A stretch of DNA of 49,106 bases, taken from NCBI GenBank assembly GCA_000934665.2, contig KZ538762.1, positions 1 through 49,106 on the forward strand. Direction: 5' to 3'. The translations under genes were made by a program, and so were the position numbers. The notes under the pieces are model-generated. The model worked only from the letters and a program-made list of their open reading frames with translations. It ran no database searches and had not been told where the DNA came from. This document shows positions 9,535 to 23,922 of this stretch, one piece after another (the stretch's first letter is position 1; every line of letters begins with the position of its first letter). Source of the stretch: Catajapyx aquilonaris (lineage: Eukaryota).

Positions 9535-12447
9535 ACGACCAGTAATTACTTTTCGCACATGTCACCCTGTAATACTCATCATACACCATTGCCTGCACCA
9601 TTTTTATATCGGGTATGCATATCAGTGGGGTATATCGTAGTTACTTTTAAAGTAATGTTTAAATTAATGACAAATGAGCTAATTATTTAAATTCAATGCC
9701 AATGTGAGTGATCATACACAACATTACTCTTAAATTGGGGTCTCAGCATCTAACACTACTATTATGATTGTGTTTCTATATTTTTTAAAGGGTTGAACAT
9801 GAAATCTATGTCACTGGAGGTATGTCACTGGCCAATTTCGTCTGTTGGTTGGTAATCAATGATTAGGCATTGTAGGCTTTTGATATTACTGTCGTGGCTA
9901 GTGTCCTGATTACTGTAATATTATCCCACATTATATCCTATGATGGTTATCACTATATTCTTAGATTTGTCCTCTGTGCTGGGACAGGCACAAAAACAGA
10001 GATATTTAAACTTGACGCAAATATGATGCTGAGTGTTCTTGGAGTCTACCAACTGTGAATTTAGATACATTTCAAGACTTTGAACATTATTTTAGGTTAT
10101 TATTGCATCGTATGTGGAAACATCAAAACATGTAACAATATTTCAATACATTCATTATGAAAACAGGTTTTGTCATTACCTTTATGGTGCGCCTATATGG
10201 TTGGCAATAAATTCATTCTCTCAACATAGAATTTTAGACCAATGAGATCTACATAATGTGTATCAATGCCCCGCTTGTAACAGTAAATGACCTCTGAGTT
10301 TGTTCCTCTCTTTTATTTCCTGAGCTTTGACTATATGACACCCATAAAAAGCAACCCGTGTATCGTACGAAGTACCTGCGGTGCATGATTGTCTGCCTTT
10401 TTTTGCCTTATTTGTTTCTCGACGCTACTAGCTGGATTGTTGCTTGCGGCCTTTGACTACACTTTAGGTCGTGACGGATTGTGCAGCTGCGACTGAAACA
10501 AATGCTTTAAAGTGGCCTAGAATTCAATGCGGAAGTCCTCAACAATTCTCCTGCAAAGGTATAATTAGAATGACATTATTTTCAGCATTACATTTTCAGA
10601 AGAAAACAGCCGTACTTTGCATGAAATGTGACGTTTGCCGCTTAGATTAATATTAATTTGTTAATTATTTGGCTGCCACTAGCTGCGTCAGATAGCATAT
10701 ATCCTAGTCGCAATTAGCAGAATCGGATGTACCACAATACTCTAAGATGTGAATTATTTTACCCCTCCCGCTTCTTATTTATCTCTAAAATGGAGATAAA
10801 TTTCCATTATATAAATACATACTGGGAAACAGTCCACTGTATAATAATTGTAGGAGTCACTTTTTTCTCCGCGCTTTCTGTTTTTTCTCTTCCGTTTAAA
10901 AAGTAGTACCCACCACCTACACCACATTTGCTCACACCCAGCAAAACGTTTCATATCAAAGAAGCGAGAAATGCCAAAGGATGCGACCAAATTACTGTAA
11001 TAAAATAATAAAAAATTTAATATCAAATGGCGTGAAAGAAGCACCTGGCATGAAAAAGAAGTGTGCCAAAGAGTTTGTTCCTCATTATTATTATTATTAT
11101 TTTGGTTGCACCTGCCAGATATCCACATTTACTCTATATAAAGACTGATCAACCTTTTGTTTTTTGGCACTCTGCTAATTACCTTTCCTTTATTTGTGTT
11201 GTTTCTACAGAGGTGACTTCAGTAGCACTTCTTACAAGTAGCACTTGTTAGTGCAGCTTCACTTATGTATGATCTCGATCTCCTTGTTGTAGTGGGTGCC
11301 GTCGTTGCAAATGAGCCTGGCTTTCCACCGCTTGGTTTTCCTGGGCTTTCAGCAGTGGTCTCCGCAAGCACCGGTGCAGGTCGCTATCTTGATTGGCTTA
11401 GCACAGACGACGCAATTAATTATTTGCACTTCTAAAACGCCAAGCAATATTCTGCATATACTCTTTTATACTTGTGCTTCGAAAGGCAAAGCCACACTGT
11501 TTCACATGCTAAAGAGAGTTTTGCGATTCCTCAGCGAGAGTCACATTATAGACAGGTTCACCAAGTAATAGCATTACATGAACCATAAGTCCATAACCTG
11601 AAGGACATCCTGGCTATAAGGAAGAGAAAATGTCAGAAAGTCACGTACGTGATGAGGTGATGACAGTTGAAAAATTGACTGCAGTGTTCAACACCTGGTT
11701 GCTTTAGGGTTGCTAGGGTCGTATGTCATGTTGATTCTGGAACTACTGTAGCTTATCAGGGCAGCTTTTGTTTGTCCAATTGGGGAGCTGAAGTAACTTC
11801 AGGGGCCATGACAACAGGAGGAGGACAGAAGAAGAAACTTTGTGTCAGCAAAGGGATGCTTTCAGCTCAGTGAACAAATCGAAAAAATTTAACAGTATGA
11901 AAAAAGATTGTACAGTAAGTTTTCTTCTTCTTTTTTTTTTGCACCTAGCACACAGCTACACTTCTGCAAAAGCTAATCTGGACTGAGCAGCACCCTGTAA
12001 AAACCCAACATGTGTACCTTTATGGCAGAAGTTGACCCCTTGGCATCAAAGATTTAGGAAATGTTCCTTACCTGATGAAGTATCCATTCTGAATTAGCAT
12101 ATACAAAGGAAGCTCATCATAGAGAGAGACAGGGGAGTGTGTGAGAGGAAGAAGTATATCGAGACGAGAGAGACGTGTACAATTAACATCCAGCTAATGA
12201 GAAGACTAATCATAGAGGATTGGAGTAAACAGCAGAAGAGGCAGATTAAACCTGTGAAATGATGGGCCTAGTCATCGTCATCACTAAAAAGCTTTCCAGA
12301 AGTAGTTGCATTCCATGAGATCAAACAGCTTGTGGTTAGGATGAACAGAATTGCTGAACACTTAGCAAGTGTACTGTACAGTAACAAAGTATTGCGCAGG
12401 CAACACAGTTCTTTGTAATTTCAGTTAAGAGACTAAAGTTCTGCAAA

Positions 12448-15400
12448 TTTATTGGGTTACATGAACCTGGCCACTCCTCAAATAATCAAGAATATCTCAC
12501 CACAAATTTGGCTGGACTTCCACCTGTCACAGAACCCACAGGTATAATCAGATCAATCCAAACCAAGTTGTCCACGACATAATAACTGCACACACAAATT
12601 AGAGTTGGTAAGGACAAGTTCCATTTCCCAAACATTCATGAGCGCTGGAACTCCATTTCTCTCCTGGCATAAAAAACCAAGTTTAAAAAAAAAGTTACAA
12701 TGAAAGGGTATGAAAACCAAACACACTGTATTACAGAAGTAACGTCTTTACTTCTCACTTAGTACAAATGTTGATAGTTATCCTACCATGATGGCTACAC
12801 TACCAATAAAATGATGAATCCTGCAAGCTTACTTTATCTACAAACGTATCCATTTATATACTCTTTTTTTTCCGTGTTCTAAACAAAGCCAAACAATCGA
12901 AAAGTGTGGAACAGCAGCACTCACCAATCTTAAACACTACGATCCTGCTGCTTCCATGCAGATTCAGCAGCGAATCAATCACATCATTTGGGCCACATTT
13001 GTTTTGTCTATGGTCATACCATATGGCCTTCGTATTAATAATAATTATAATATAATATATATTTTAAAATCTCTGCTGCGCCACACCGAAAGGAAAGGTC
13101 TGTCTCCTGCAGAGCTCATGCTTGCAATAAAAATCCCCACGCCCCCTTTTAACCTGATCCGAGCATACTCAACCCTGGAAAAAGAAAATAAATCATCTCC
13201 GGCATCTTTTTGTATCCACTCCTTTACCCTTCCCGAACCGTTCCCCACTGTACCACGGACTGGCCAGCCTGCAGGGAACAGACCTCCTCGCCCAAGTCAG
13301 TTGCCTACTAAACTCCCCCCTACAATCATCGATGCAAGGATTCTACCCTAGATGAAAATGAGAGCACCTCAGTAGTTCTCTGGCCTGTCCTGAGTGAAAA
13401 CGCTGCTTTTTTAAATATTCTTATTTTCTCCTTAATATTTTTTTTGTCTCTTTTCCTTAGGCAGTAGTCAGGAGCCGCCTAAAATCACCTCTCTTCACAC
13501 TTTTATCACACTCATGCATCAGTTCACCCACGCAATCACTCGACCACACACACTGCAGGGAAATAGTCAAGGGATGTCAATCAATACTGATAATTAAATA
13601 CACACAATCTAGTGAAAAATTTAAAATAATTTGATGGTTTTTGGCTTAATTACATTTGGAGGAGAGTAAATCGTGGTCCCAAGTTGATGTGCAACAATTT
13701 TACGTGTCACATTGTTTCTTTACCCCTCATAATAACTCACTTAAATAATGCAGGGTAAGGTACTGCCCTGGTAAAATGCTCATACCGTTAAAAATGCACA
13801 AAATAAATATATTAAAAAAGCTTGTGCGCCTGGGACCAGGGTGTCACCATATCAAACTGATAAATTGTCACCTCATTTGTTGTTACGTCATGTACCAGCA
13901 TGTGGCCTCGATTTAGGTGAGCAGCAGCAGAAACATTTTTGCAGTTGCCTCCTGATACTGGCCACAACAATGAACTCGTGCAGGGAGCAAAATAATACTG
14001 TTAAAAGTATTTTCATCAAAAACAAAATGCATTACATACAGAGGTGACTAGTGTTACATACAAGAAGTAACCACTTACAGTGAAAATAAGCAATGGCTTG
14101 CAGTACCAGTTAGTTCCTCTGCCTTCTAGACTAATTCCACATTTCCTTCTTGGTTCCCCTGATTAAAGCCTGGCTCCCACTGGTTACAAATTGGCGCCAT
14201 ACAATTTTTCACAAGGGCAGTGTACATTCCGCCAAAGCAGTGGTTACTCCTTCGGTTACACCATTTGAAATTAATTCTGGGCCTAACTCTCCACAGGACA
14301 CTGATGGTATCATCCCAACTACCTAGTGAGATAGCTCCTATATTATCATGCTCCGCAGGAAGATGCCACGTAAACCAATCCCACTCCAGAAACTGTCACA
14401 GGGAAGTCGACCGATTTTCCGATTCATCATGAGCTGGAGTCAACAATAAATGCATGTTACTTATGTAGAGAGCCAGGTCAGAATTTCTCACATCCAAGCA
14501 TTGGTCCACTCAATGTAACATTTAACTCTGCATTAAGTTTTTGCGAACATGGCAGCAAACATGTATCGTATTATGACACTCCCATCACGTTACGTCTAGG
14601 AATGACCAGCCCAGGAGGTGACCAGCCATGTTCCCACATGCCAACCTTTGGCTCCCAGTAGTACACAACGTCTTTCCAAAGTTAACAGTACATGCAGCTG
14701 CGTATATGTTGGCATCCCTCAACCTTCCCTATCTTCACATTTCATTACTCTTTTTTTCTTTCTTTTAGCAGCAAAGAACTACTGATGTGGATGACTTAGT
14801 TCTAATGACATAGAAATATGTATAAAACAGAAATATGTAGTATTAACATTGATTAACAGGTCGATAGAGGAATAATATTATACAAGCCCGAGGTTACGAT
14901 CCTGTGACGCAATGGACACATTGTCTTTGTGGTTACCTTCAACTTCAGTCTTCCCCAACCTTGACCACCTTTCTTTTTTGAGTTTAGCCACTCTTTCTAA
15001 CACATGGAAGGCTTGACATGAATGCATTAACTACACTAGGAACTAACTTTGCAATGCTTCAAATACACGTGAAAGACGTGTTGAGTACGAGTTCTATGCA
15101 AACTGTGGTAGTTACATGACCTATCATTTTAATACTGGCTATTAAGCGGAATTTACCAAAAAATATATGCACTGTATTATATAAAATTACATGTGCTTGA
15201 AACTCGGGACTTGTGGTGGAATCAATTAGTCAAACACATCCAACGCAATGGCACTTTTTTCCTCCCACCATTTCCTATTCCTCTTCCAGTCATTCTCTTT
15301 GTTCTTCCTTTACGTGCATCCAAGTGCATCGAACCTCGGGCTTGAACAATGAGGCATTTAGATTTACATACAATAAAAAAATCCTCTTCACAGGAAATCA

Positions 15401-16725
15401 CTCCATGGTCAACTATGACACCCAGGGATAAACCATAGAATAACTCATTTTTCTCCCTTTCTCTCTCTCTCTCTCTCCCTCTCTCTCACTCTTGTTCTTT
15501 GCTGTACTTGCGACCTGACAGCTGAAGATTATCTGTTGCCACTGCACGAAAGCTCTTTTATATTTTTGTCTCTCTCTTTTTTTTGGAGGGGATCCAAAAA
15601 CTCTTCAGCATCTTTCCATCTCTGATCTTTTAATGAAATGGGGGCAGATCTTAAGAAAAAAAAAAAAGTCATCTTGCTCTTATTTGCCCCAACTGTTTCG
15701 TCAAGACATAAAAACCAAAAATAATTCCATAGGACGAAGAGGTGCAGATATTGCTGCCATTTCAAAGGTCAACTTGCAATGCATGATTGTAAATCTTTCC
15801 AGCTCACACACTTACATTGAGGTGGCACACTACCCAAGCTAATAAACCACTGATAGGAATGGGACAGGGGTTATAATCTTTAAAGGCTTGGTGGGAGGGA
15901 GGGAGTTGAACAAGTGGCACTATACATTTTTTTTGTTCTTTTTTTAAAGTTTTTTACACATGATTTCCAAAAATATTGCACATCCGTACTCCACAGTAAA
16001 ACAAAAAAAGTGATAGCTTTTTTTTTCTCTGCCACAAAAAAGATTTGCTTCCGTCAAAACTAAACTGTTGGTATGCATATAAACTTGCCTGAGGTTCATC
16101 CCCATTTCAACCCATCAGTTAGCTTCAAAAACTCTCACAAACATTAAAAGGCTCAAAAAAGCAACAAAAATCTTCCTCCGCACTGTTCACCTATAGAGCG
16201 CTTGCTGAGTCTCTCTTGAAACCAAGTTAAGGATCAATATTAGAGAAACAAGTCACACCTTTGATTGACACACCTGAAGCCACCATGCCAAAAAACTAGA
16301 CATTTCCTCAGCCAGACTGACTGACAACAATGAAGTTTTCTTTTTTTCCCTCTACCAAGTATCACAGAATACACACTTTATATCTTCTCTTTTATACAGC
16401 AAATAACATAATCCTACTTGTTTTCTGCCCGTGTGCACTGATTTGATTCCAGTGATGGTCACTCGAGCTGAGTCAAGCCAATGTAAAGCCAGGTTTACTA
16501 AGATAACACGGACGCCAGTGATTATTTTTTTTGTGCTTTTTCTAATATTTTTTTTCTTTGCTTGGAAGGGGAATTATTGAGAGAAAAACTTCTTGTACCC
16601 TCCATGAGGGGATGCTATCTACAAACGTGAACTTTTTTTTTGTTTTCATCCTTCTTGCAACTGGCAAATATCTACATCTCCTCACCACAAGTCTATGGTT
16701 TTGGCCCTGGCATGTGCAGTTGATG
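12448..16725 (-). other. Putative long 3' UTR of UBE2H
   Basis: Non-coding, U-rich on the minus strand and fairly CpG-poor. The first minus-strand AATAAA I found after the stop is at 12453-12448; ATTAAA variants lie nearer (~15630, ~15130). The true end is unknown. Confidence 0.3.
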
Positions 16726-16850
16726 TTATAATTCCATGTCATCCGCTTCATCTTCACTGAACTCCGACATGGAAGATTCGCTGTCAGAGGACACTGCCTG
16801 CTGCTCCTGTTCCCGCAAGGCTTCTTCCGTTGCATACTTCCTCACATACT
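16726..16850 (-). CDS. UBE2H: Ubiquitin-conjugating enzyme E2 H, last coding exon (125 nt)
   Basis: Acceptor ccttttgcAG; (E)[40 protein letters not shown], the characteristic acidic UBE2H tail. Phase matches the preceding exon. Confidence 0.95.
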
Positions 16851-17634
16851 CTGCAAAAGGAAAACAAAACTTGTAATAACTTGTCATCATAAAGAAGCAA
16901 GTACACAGCAACATGGGGCCTTCATGCAGTGCAAAAACTTCATGATCAGATGATGTTTGATCCTGTTTTAATCTCATCTTCTGCTCACAAAGCTTCTGTG
17001 CCACATGAATGGCCCTGCAATTACCACAAGGTTTGTGATGCTCTTTACCAATATAATATCTTTTAGATGTCTTCAGGTACTCTGGGATTATGCACAATTT
17101 CTCAGTCTGAGGATCATCATTATTATTTTGCGCAAAAGATTTGCATCATTATATTCTTTAGCAAAGCATTTCACATTGTGGGTGTAGCAGCAGAGCAATC
17201 TACAATGATGATATGTTGATACCAAATAGTATATTCCACCTGACAACTAATCACACCTGTTCATGGAAAAGTCACACAGTCAGAACACTGCCTAACATTT
17301 ATCCAACATAACCACACACAGTCTGCTTGACTTGACCTCAGCCACAAAAATTAATGCTACCAAAACAGTTCACATCCAAATAAACAGCTTCCACTCAATC
17401 TTCATTTTCATGCGATTTTACTCATGATAATATGGAAACATTAACTGTTCACTACTGCTCTTGTGCGATATTACTGTACAAAATAGCAACAAGCCACATG
17501 GGCTCTGCGATTGCCAAGATGACGTATATCAGTATGGTTTTCTTCAGGGGTGTGAATTGAAACGTGTTTCGTGTGGCCTTTCATGAAAAAATACCAAGTG
17601 GAAGAGATCAAAAAATAGTAATCAGAGAACATGA

Positions 17635-18653
17635 CAACCCCCTTTACCAGCAAAGTAATTTTTGCGCCCTTGAAGAGTATTTTAAGAGTCAACTGCTTAA
17701 CTGCCGGTATTAACTTTTAAAAATCCAATGTTATGTACCGGTTCTTTTAAAAAGCTGGTTAGTGTCCCAATTTAACTTTCTGCTTGGACTGGAGCGTACA
17801 CTTATCTGGGGGTCCCCTTCACATCCTCTGGAAAATTTTCACCCTCTAGTAAGCACTTCAAAACAAAGGCATTAGTTGCCATTAATAGCTTATGGCTGGT
17901 ATTATTGAGGTTGAGAGATATCCGCACTGCTATGAAGCTTTTAAACGCTCAAATTGTTCCTCTCCTTTTTTACGTGTCTCAAATTTGGGGCATTTCCCAA
18001 ACTAACATACTTGACCAGGTTCAAAATTACTTTTAAAAAAAAGTTCCTTTGCTTACCAAAGAATACTGCACAGTATTTCCTCCACCTCGAAACTGGAGTG
18101 GCCCCTCTGACTCTTAGTTTTTTTCCGCTTACTTTGCCAATTTATGATTAAACTACAGAAGTTATCAGAAGATAGACTTTTAAAAATTGAGTTTTGTTCG
18201 GCGTTGCGGGAAACTACCGCTTTGGAGAACAGCGACAATTGGGTAGCTTGTACTCGACATATGCTGTCGATGGTTGATGTAAATGATTGGAACTCCCTGG
18301 AACATGATTTACCCGTTATAGTTCAAAAATTCGCTGACCATTTTGTAACAAACAGCAAAGAAGCATTAGCTGTTTCTCAACGCTACTCTCATTACAGTGA
18401 CCTGAGCCCTTACCTTGCCCCCGCTTATTATTTCGATTATCTTATACCAATCAAAATGACCCGTTCATTAGCTAACCTGCACCCCTTTCTTTTTGGTGGC
18501 TACATCCCAATCTTGTTCTCTCCCACCCCACGCTTCTATCAATGTACTTTTTTTCGTACTTTTTGTTACTTTTTCTTACTCTTGTACTGTACTTCATTGT
18601 TAATTTGGAGCTGTGTCCCCCCCAAGAGGGCCTGGGTATTCGATAAATAATAA
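17635..18653 (+). mobile_element. 5'-truncated non-LTR retrotransposon (LINE, possibly RTE/RTEX-like): RT C-terminal region plus 3' tail, antisense in the last UBE2H intron
   Basis: Across frameshifts: ALEEYF..GINF*KSNVM (late RT motif), YTYLGVPFTSSGKF, KLLNAQIVPLLFYVSQIWG, LDQVQNYF..KFLCLPKNTAQYFLHLETGVAPL, KLQKLSEDRLLK, NWV. Ends in a T-rich 3' region and gataaataataa. No YADD motif and no clear target-site duplication. Clade and 5' end are uncertain. Confidence 0.8.
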
Positions 18654-19371
18654 CACTAAAAATTCAAACAACATGAAAGCCATACATCTTAACAAAAATC
18701 ATATAGCTCTAGGGAACTGTAACTGAAACGTCACTTCACCTAGTCCCCTGACTTTTCACATTCATCATTTGCACTCATGTCGAGACAACAGTGCCTGCCA
18801 ACAACTGTCATTCTGGGGGAACGCTCTTTCACTGTGTAATATACTTCAGCTTATTTATGTACTCAGATGCAATAAAGTAGTTGCATGAGGAATACATGGT
18901 GAATGCAACCAATAATTTACAGGTCTGTGCTGTCTCATAGATGCAACTGCAAGTTCTAAGAACCATCCTATTTTGTTAAGTCACTGTGCACTTTTTCACA
19001 TTCAATTAAACCTTTTAAAAACTTAAAAATAAATGATTTTACCATGAATACATCAAACAAGATGCACACCTTAATTCATGTTAGCATCAGATTGCAGTAC
19101 ATGTACACCCATTGAATCAGTAAAACGGAAGAGAATCACAACACCACGTATAATTAACATTTGAATTTTTTCTCCAGTAAATACAATAATAGTAACAATT
19201 TAATATAGCAACCTTCACATCCAGGTAGACTGTGCAGATTACGAGATGTCATCACCATGAAAGATATTTTAAAGGTCTTAGATATGACTCAAGTTCTAAC
19301 TTTATCAATAGAAGCCATTGGACATATTCCTAACTGATGTTGCAAAGTTCATCTTGTGGGGAGAGCCATAC

Positions 19372-19500
19372 CTTGCACTTTCTTTTTGTATTCTTCGGGT
19401 TTGTGGAGGTACATGGCTGCTGCATCACCATTGAGGGGATCGATGGGGTTGGGATATGTTAGCAGTTGAGGCAGGAAGGACTCGAAGATATTCGAGAGGT
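19372..19500 (-). CDS. UBE2H: UBE2H internal coding exon (129 nt)
   Basis: Acceptor cttttcAG, donor GTATGG; (D)[42 protein letters not shown]. Not present in the supplied ORF track. Confidence 0.95.
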
Positions 19501-22477
19501 CTGAAAAGAAGAAAAGTCATATTACAAAATGGTCACTTTACATTAACAATGTCTACACAACTTCCACATGAACAAAGCAACCATCTTATTCCATACGTAT
19601 AAATCATTATAATAAACTTCATTCATTCTGATCTGTTCCTGAATTCCTGACTCATTATTGGTATGGAAAATTCAGTTAACAAAATAAAAGCCCCTGGCCC
19701 CAAGTACTTCCCAATGTTGAGAACAAAATTAGCAAATTAAGTACTGGTCACCATGGAAGGAATGGCAAAAGTTTTCCCAATACACTAACAACTAGACTTA
19801 ACAAAAAATAATCTGACACTTAGGTAAATGGCTGAAGAGGTAGGTGGTAAACTAGCTCTTGTAGCTCCTAATATCATAGGAAATGTGCAAACTTCCTGCA
19901 ATCAAGCACTACAATCACTCTCCCTAGCACAAACTCGCAACATTGCATGCCAGATGGAAAGGATAGATTTATCATCATGTCTGGCCACCACCAATACACC
20001 ACACTGTACAAGAAAAATTCCTGCCTAATTTCATTTTTATTACATCCACATGTCAAAAGCAGGCAATCAAATAAGAAAGCATTCCACCCTGGCCATTTGT
20101 CAAAAAGAAGACCAAGCTATTCCTAGAAGTTCCTGACATCCCAAGCAACAATAATTGTTGCATCAGGCAGTTAACTCAGGTTGCAAAAGCCACGCAGAAT
20201 AAGGGTGCTAGATTTGAAGCAATGGGTAGACAACTTTATACTTTTTCTAGGCAAGTGATAACCAGCAAGTACTTAGAAAGTGAAAATTCTGCCCTGACTA
20301 TGACACATTCTCAGCTGCAAAATTATAAACTATCTGTGCTCCTTTGATCTGAAGAGCATGGCCCATGACTCATCCCTAAAGGCAACAAAAAGTAAAGGTA
20401 CCTAGGTCTGCAATCACCCAATATACTGTATATGAAATCATGGCAAGAAGTTCTTCCAGGCATGGCATACTTTTGACTAATATTATGCTCCCTTTCAGTT
20501 ACACACTAGCATGTAATGTCACTACAAAAGGCATACTTTGTAGCTGAACTATGAGAGGGGTGAAAAAAAAATCACCTTTTAAATCAGGAACTTTTCCAAA
20601 AGCAAAAGTTGCAAAAATGTTAAAATCTGTCAACTGCATTATTTTGTCCCCACTGGCTGGAGAGAAACAACTTTCTGAAACTAGATTCAATGCTCCATGC
20701 CCCAGAGAAATTTTGGAAATTTTTTGAAATATTCCCAATGGCATTTTTACACTGCCTGTGATCACAGCAAAATTGCAAAAAACTGCCTCAAATGATTCCA
20801 CTTCCAACATTTGGTTAAACTTTGAGCACATAACAAGCTCTCTGAAGTCCACAATAAATGACAACACCGCATAATTCAACAATGCAGCCACTCCATTCCA
20901 GCAATATTTTCCTCTCTGAAAAGGTTTCTATGAAGTACTCAAAAAAAAAAAAAAACGCTGCAAATAATCTACCTAGACTTTTAAAAAACTTAATGAACCT
21001 AATTCCACTGAATCCAGAGTCCCAGCACGGACTGGTTTCTCTTCATTGCGTCCTAATGGGCAGTAACAATTTAAAATTATTTCAACCCTCACAACCGATT
21101 ATTATTGCTGAAATGACAAACCCTGCACTCATATCTGATCATATTTGCCTTTCAAACTAAATTAGAAGCACTCAGCATAATCACTGACAATTTCATAATA
21201 TATTATACTTACTCATTATATTAACGTAATGAAATGATAAAACAATGTTCATCTACATGAGGCCATAAGTTATTCTCACTATAAGTATAACCTTCCACTG
21301 AACAATAAATTTACTTGTAGTCTTATAATCATACAAGTTAGAACCCTACATAAAGCCAGAAGCACCGAACTCTGTTACAAAAATGTGGCGGCCTGTTACA
21401 TAATTAACTGTTAGGTAGTTTTTGCCAACGCTTAATAACACAATCATGGTGGCTTTGTTTTACTGAGTTTGGTACTCCCCACCCTCATTGAACCTGACCT
21501 TCTAATGCCATGCCTGGTATTTGACTAGTGTGACATAAACAATTATCCTTTGCCATGTATTGTCATTAACCAATTTCCTTCAGCAGAGAGGCACTCATCA
21601 CGCTCACAACGTCACCTTGACGATATGACATTCAGATGGGCATTGCAGAGTGGTGGGATTTCCTACTACCTATCAGGTTTGGAGATTATGAGTAGCAGTG
21701 CAAGATATGTGTTCACCTGTGCGGGGACTACAATAAATAACAAAAATGCAAAAGTGCTGTTGATATAAAATAGCCAGTAAATGTAGTAATGCAAAAGTTA
21801 TATTTTCCCATCACTGTCACTAGAACCATGGGTTTTCATTGCTGGATACAAAAACTCTTAACACTACCTAAAGCCAAGTACAGAAAATCTCTGCACACTT
21901 TTGATGCATATATGCCATCGTTATTGCACACACAAACATTTGAAATTTTCACTTTTACCACTGAATGCCTTGTAATAAATGCATGATATCTTACACTGTG
22001 TGAAAAAGCAGTTCACTTCAATTCTCCAAAATTCTAAAGTTAGCAGCAATGCTCAGCACTTATGAAATCAGCATATGAATGGCACCTTCCCCAAAGCTTC
22101 ACTTTCACAGAACTCACTATGGGGTCGAGATTTTACGTCGAGATTTTAATAGCAGCTCATCGCACAAAATCGAAGAATTTTGCAGCTCATTCATATAACC
22201 ACTAAGCCTATTGTTTTGGTCATTCCAGTATATTATTTCACTCCTACATAAGTTTACAATGACCTAGTGGTCCTAGTCAACAGATCTCCTAACTGTGCTG
22301 CAAGAGTTTCAATATCCATGTAGATCTTTAAGGCACAAGGCAACTAGTTTTATAGAGATACAACTCCTTACACCAGCTTCACCTAGACAAAGTGAGTCAG
22401 TGAACAGTATGTCAACATGGACATGTAAGTCCAGGTAAAAATATGCAATGAATATTAACATGTCTCATCTATCAAAT

Positions 22478-22520
22478 TTGGTTCATACCCAAATGGTACT
22501 TGGTTCATACCCAAATGGTA
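22478..22520. repeat. Perfect tandem duplication, 22-bp period
   Basis: ttggttcatacccaaatggta at 22478-22498 and again at 22500-22520. Confidence 0.9.
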
Positions 22521-23922
22521 GGAAATCCAGAAAAGGACCCTCCTGCAGACCTTTTCAGGTGTGATCAGCCATAAGAAAAGCTGGCATGCCATGATATGGG
22601 ATAAAGGAAAAGAGCGAAATAAAAAGAGGTTATAGTGACTAGGAATTCAATGTACTCCCCAAGACCCATGAGACACCTGCCCCGCTGCTGAAGCAAGCGT
22701 CCAATACACTGGCTGTCTTTGCTGACAGGAATTCTCCTCTGGCAAGGGTGACAATTTTATGGCACGTGTACCAGGCATTTGGTCCAGGAATAGAGAAGGT
22801 GTCTTTGAGTAGCACCGTTGATAAACATGCATTCCAAGTCTTTACTGCATCTTTTTTTCCCATGTCCCATGCCTATCCCAAGTCACTCCTCCCTTACTCC
22901 TAATCCTGACAGTTAGTACTTAGTAAGTCCCAAAACTTTGTGTTGTTGCAATGGACAGAGAGTTTCTTGAACAGGTTTTCCTTTCCTACCATTCACACTC
23001 ACCCTATACCAGCCCCCCACCCCGCACAGTCCACCCCTAATTGACAGAAGCACCTACATTGCCTGTTCTTTAATTTTCAAATGTCACCTTCTCCTCATTT
23101 TTGACTGCAAATTTGAATTCTGCAGCATTGATAACCTGTAAGTGCATGTAAACCCATCGCATTTTATTATTATGCATATATGGCAAGAGTAATTAAGCAA
23201 AAGTTATTATAATAATTGGAGCCCATTTTGTCTGCAGATGTAGGTTATCTCTAAGCCTAGGGTGTTGGACCTAGTAATGTCTTGGGGGCCAGAGGAGAAT
23301 GCCCTTTGGAAATATCATCCAGCTCTGCTAACATTCAAATATGAACCTGTTTAATCTATTGGTAGATGAGGCATGTCCACATTTTTAGAAAATTTTTACC
23401 TCACCTTATTCATAACCATCACTGCATAGGCCTACGGTTGGCTGACTCACTTTCATAGAAGTGAACCTTGTAATTCATTTGGCTATTGGGCTTCTTACGC
23501 AGGATCTGGGAAACTTCCAACCAGCAGTAACAATGCATGGGGAAGTAATCGACCACTTACATAATGATGGCCTACTTGCATGGTTATACATTACTGCATT
23601 ATATTAGTAGCATGCCACGCTGAGAAGCAGCCATGCCCATGAGCACTTGCCTATAAAAAGTGCTTGCCTAAGGCATGTCACATGCGAGTCATTTTCATAA
23701 ACATACAACTTTTTTTTACACATTTAATAAGCTTTATAACAAAAACTCCAGCAACCATTGGGGCTGTTGCAACTGTGCCTGAGCTTTTTGTAGCCCTGTA
23801 AAAAAAAAGTTAGTGAAGACATCACATTCTGTCATCAAAGAAGCACTGACATGTGCAACAATATTATATCCACATTGGCAAGTTCCTGCAATGAAGTCCT
23901 CAATGCCATTAGCCACACGTAC

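Larger units (their letters stand above)
8712..9933. repeat. Right arm (B) of the ~1.23 kb inverted repeat
   Basis: Reverse complement of 5576-6805; spacer 6806-8711. Confidence 0.95.

Noticed and set aside
11290..11434. GC-rich, exon-like stretch after ttgttgtAG on +
   Set aside because: The peptide is unrecognisable and no coherent exon chain could be built. A non-coding transcript cannot be excluded.
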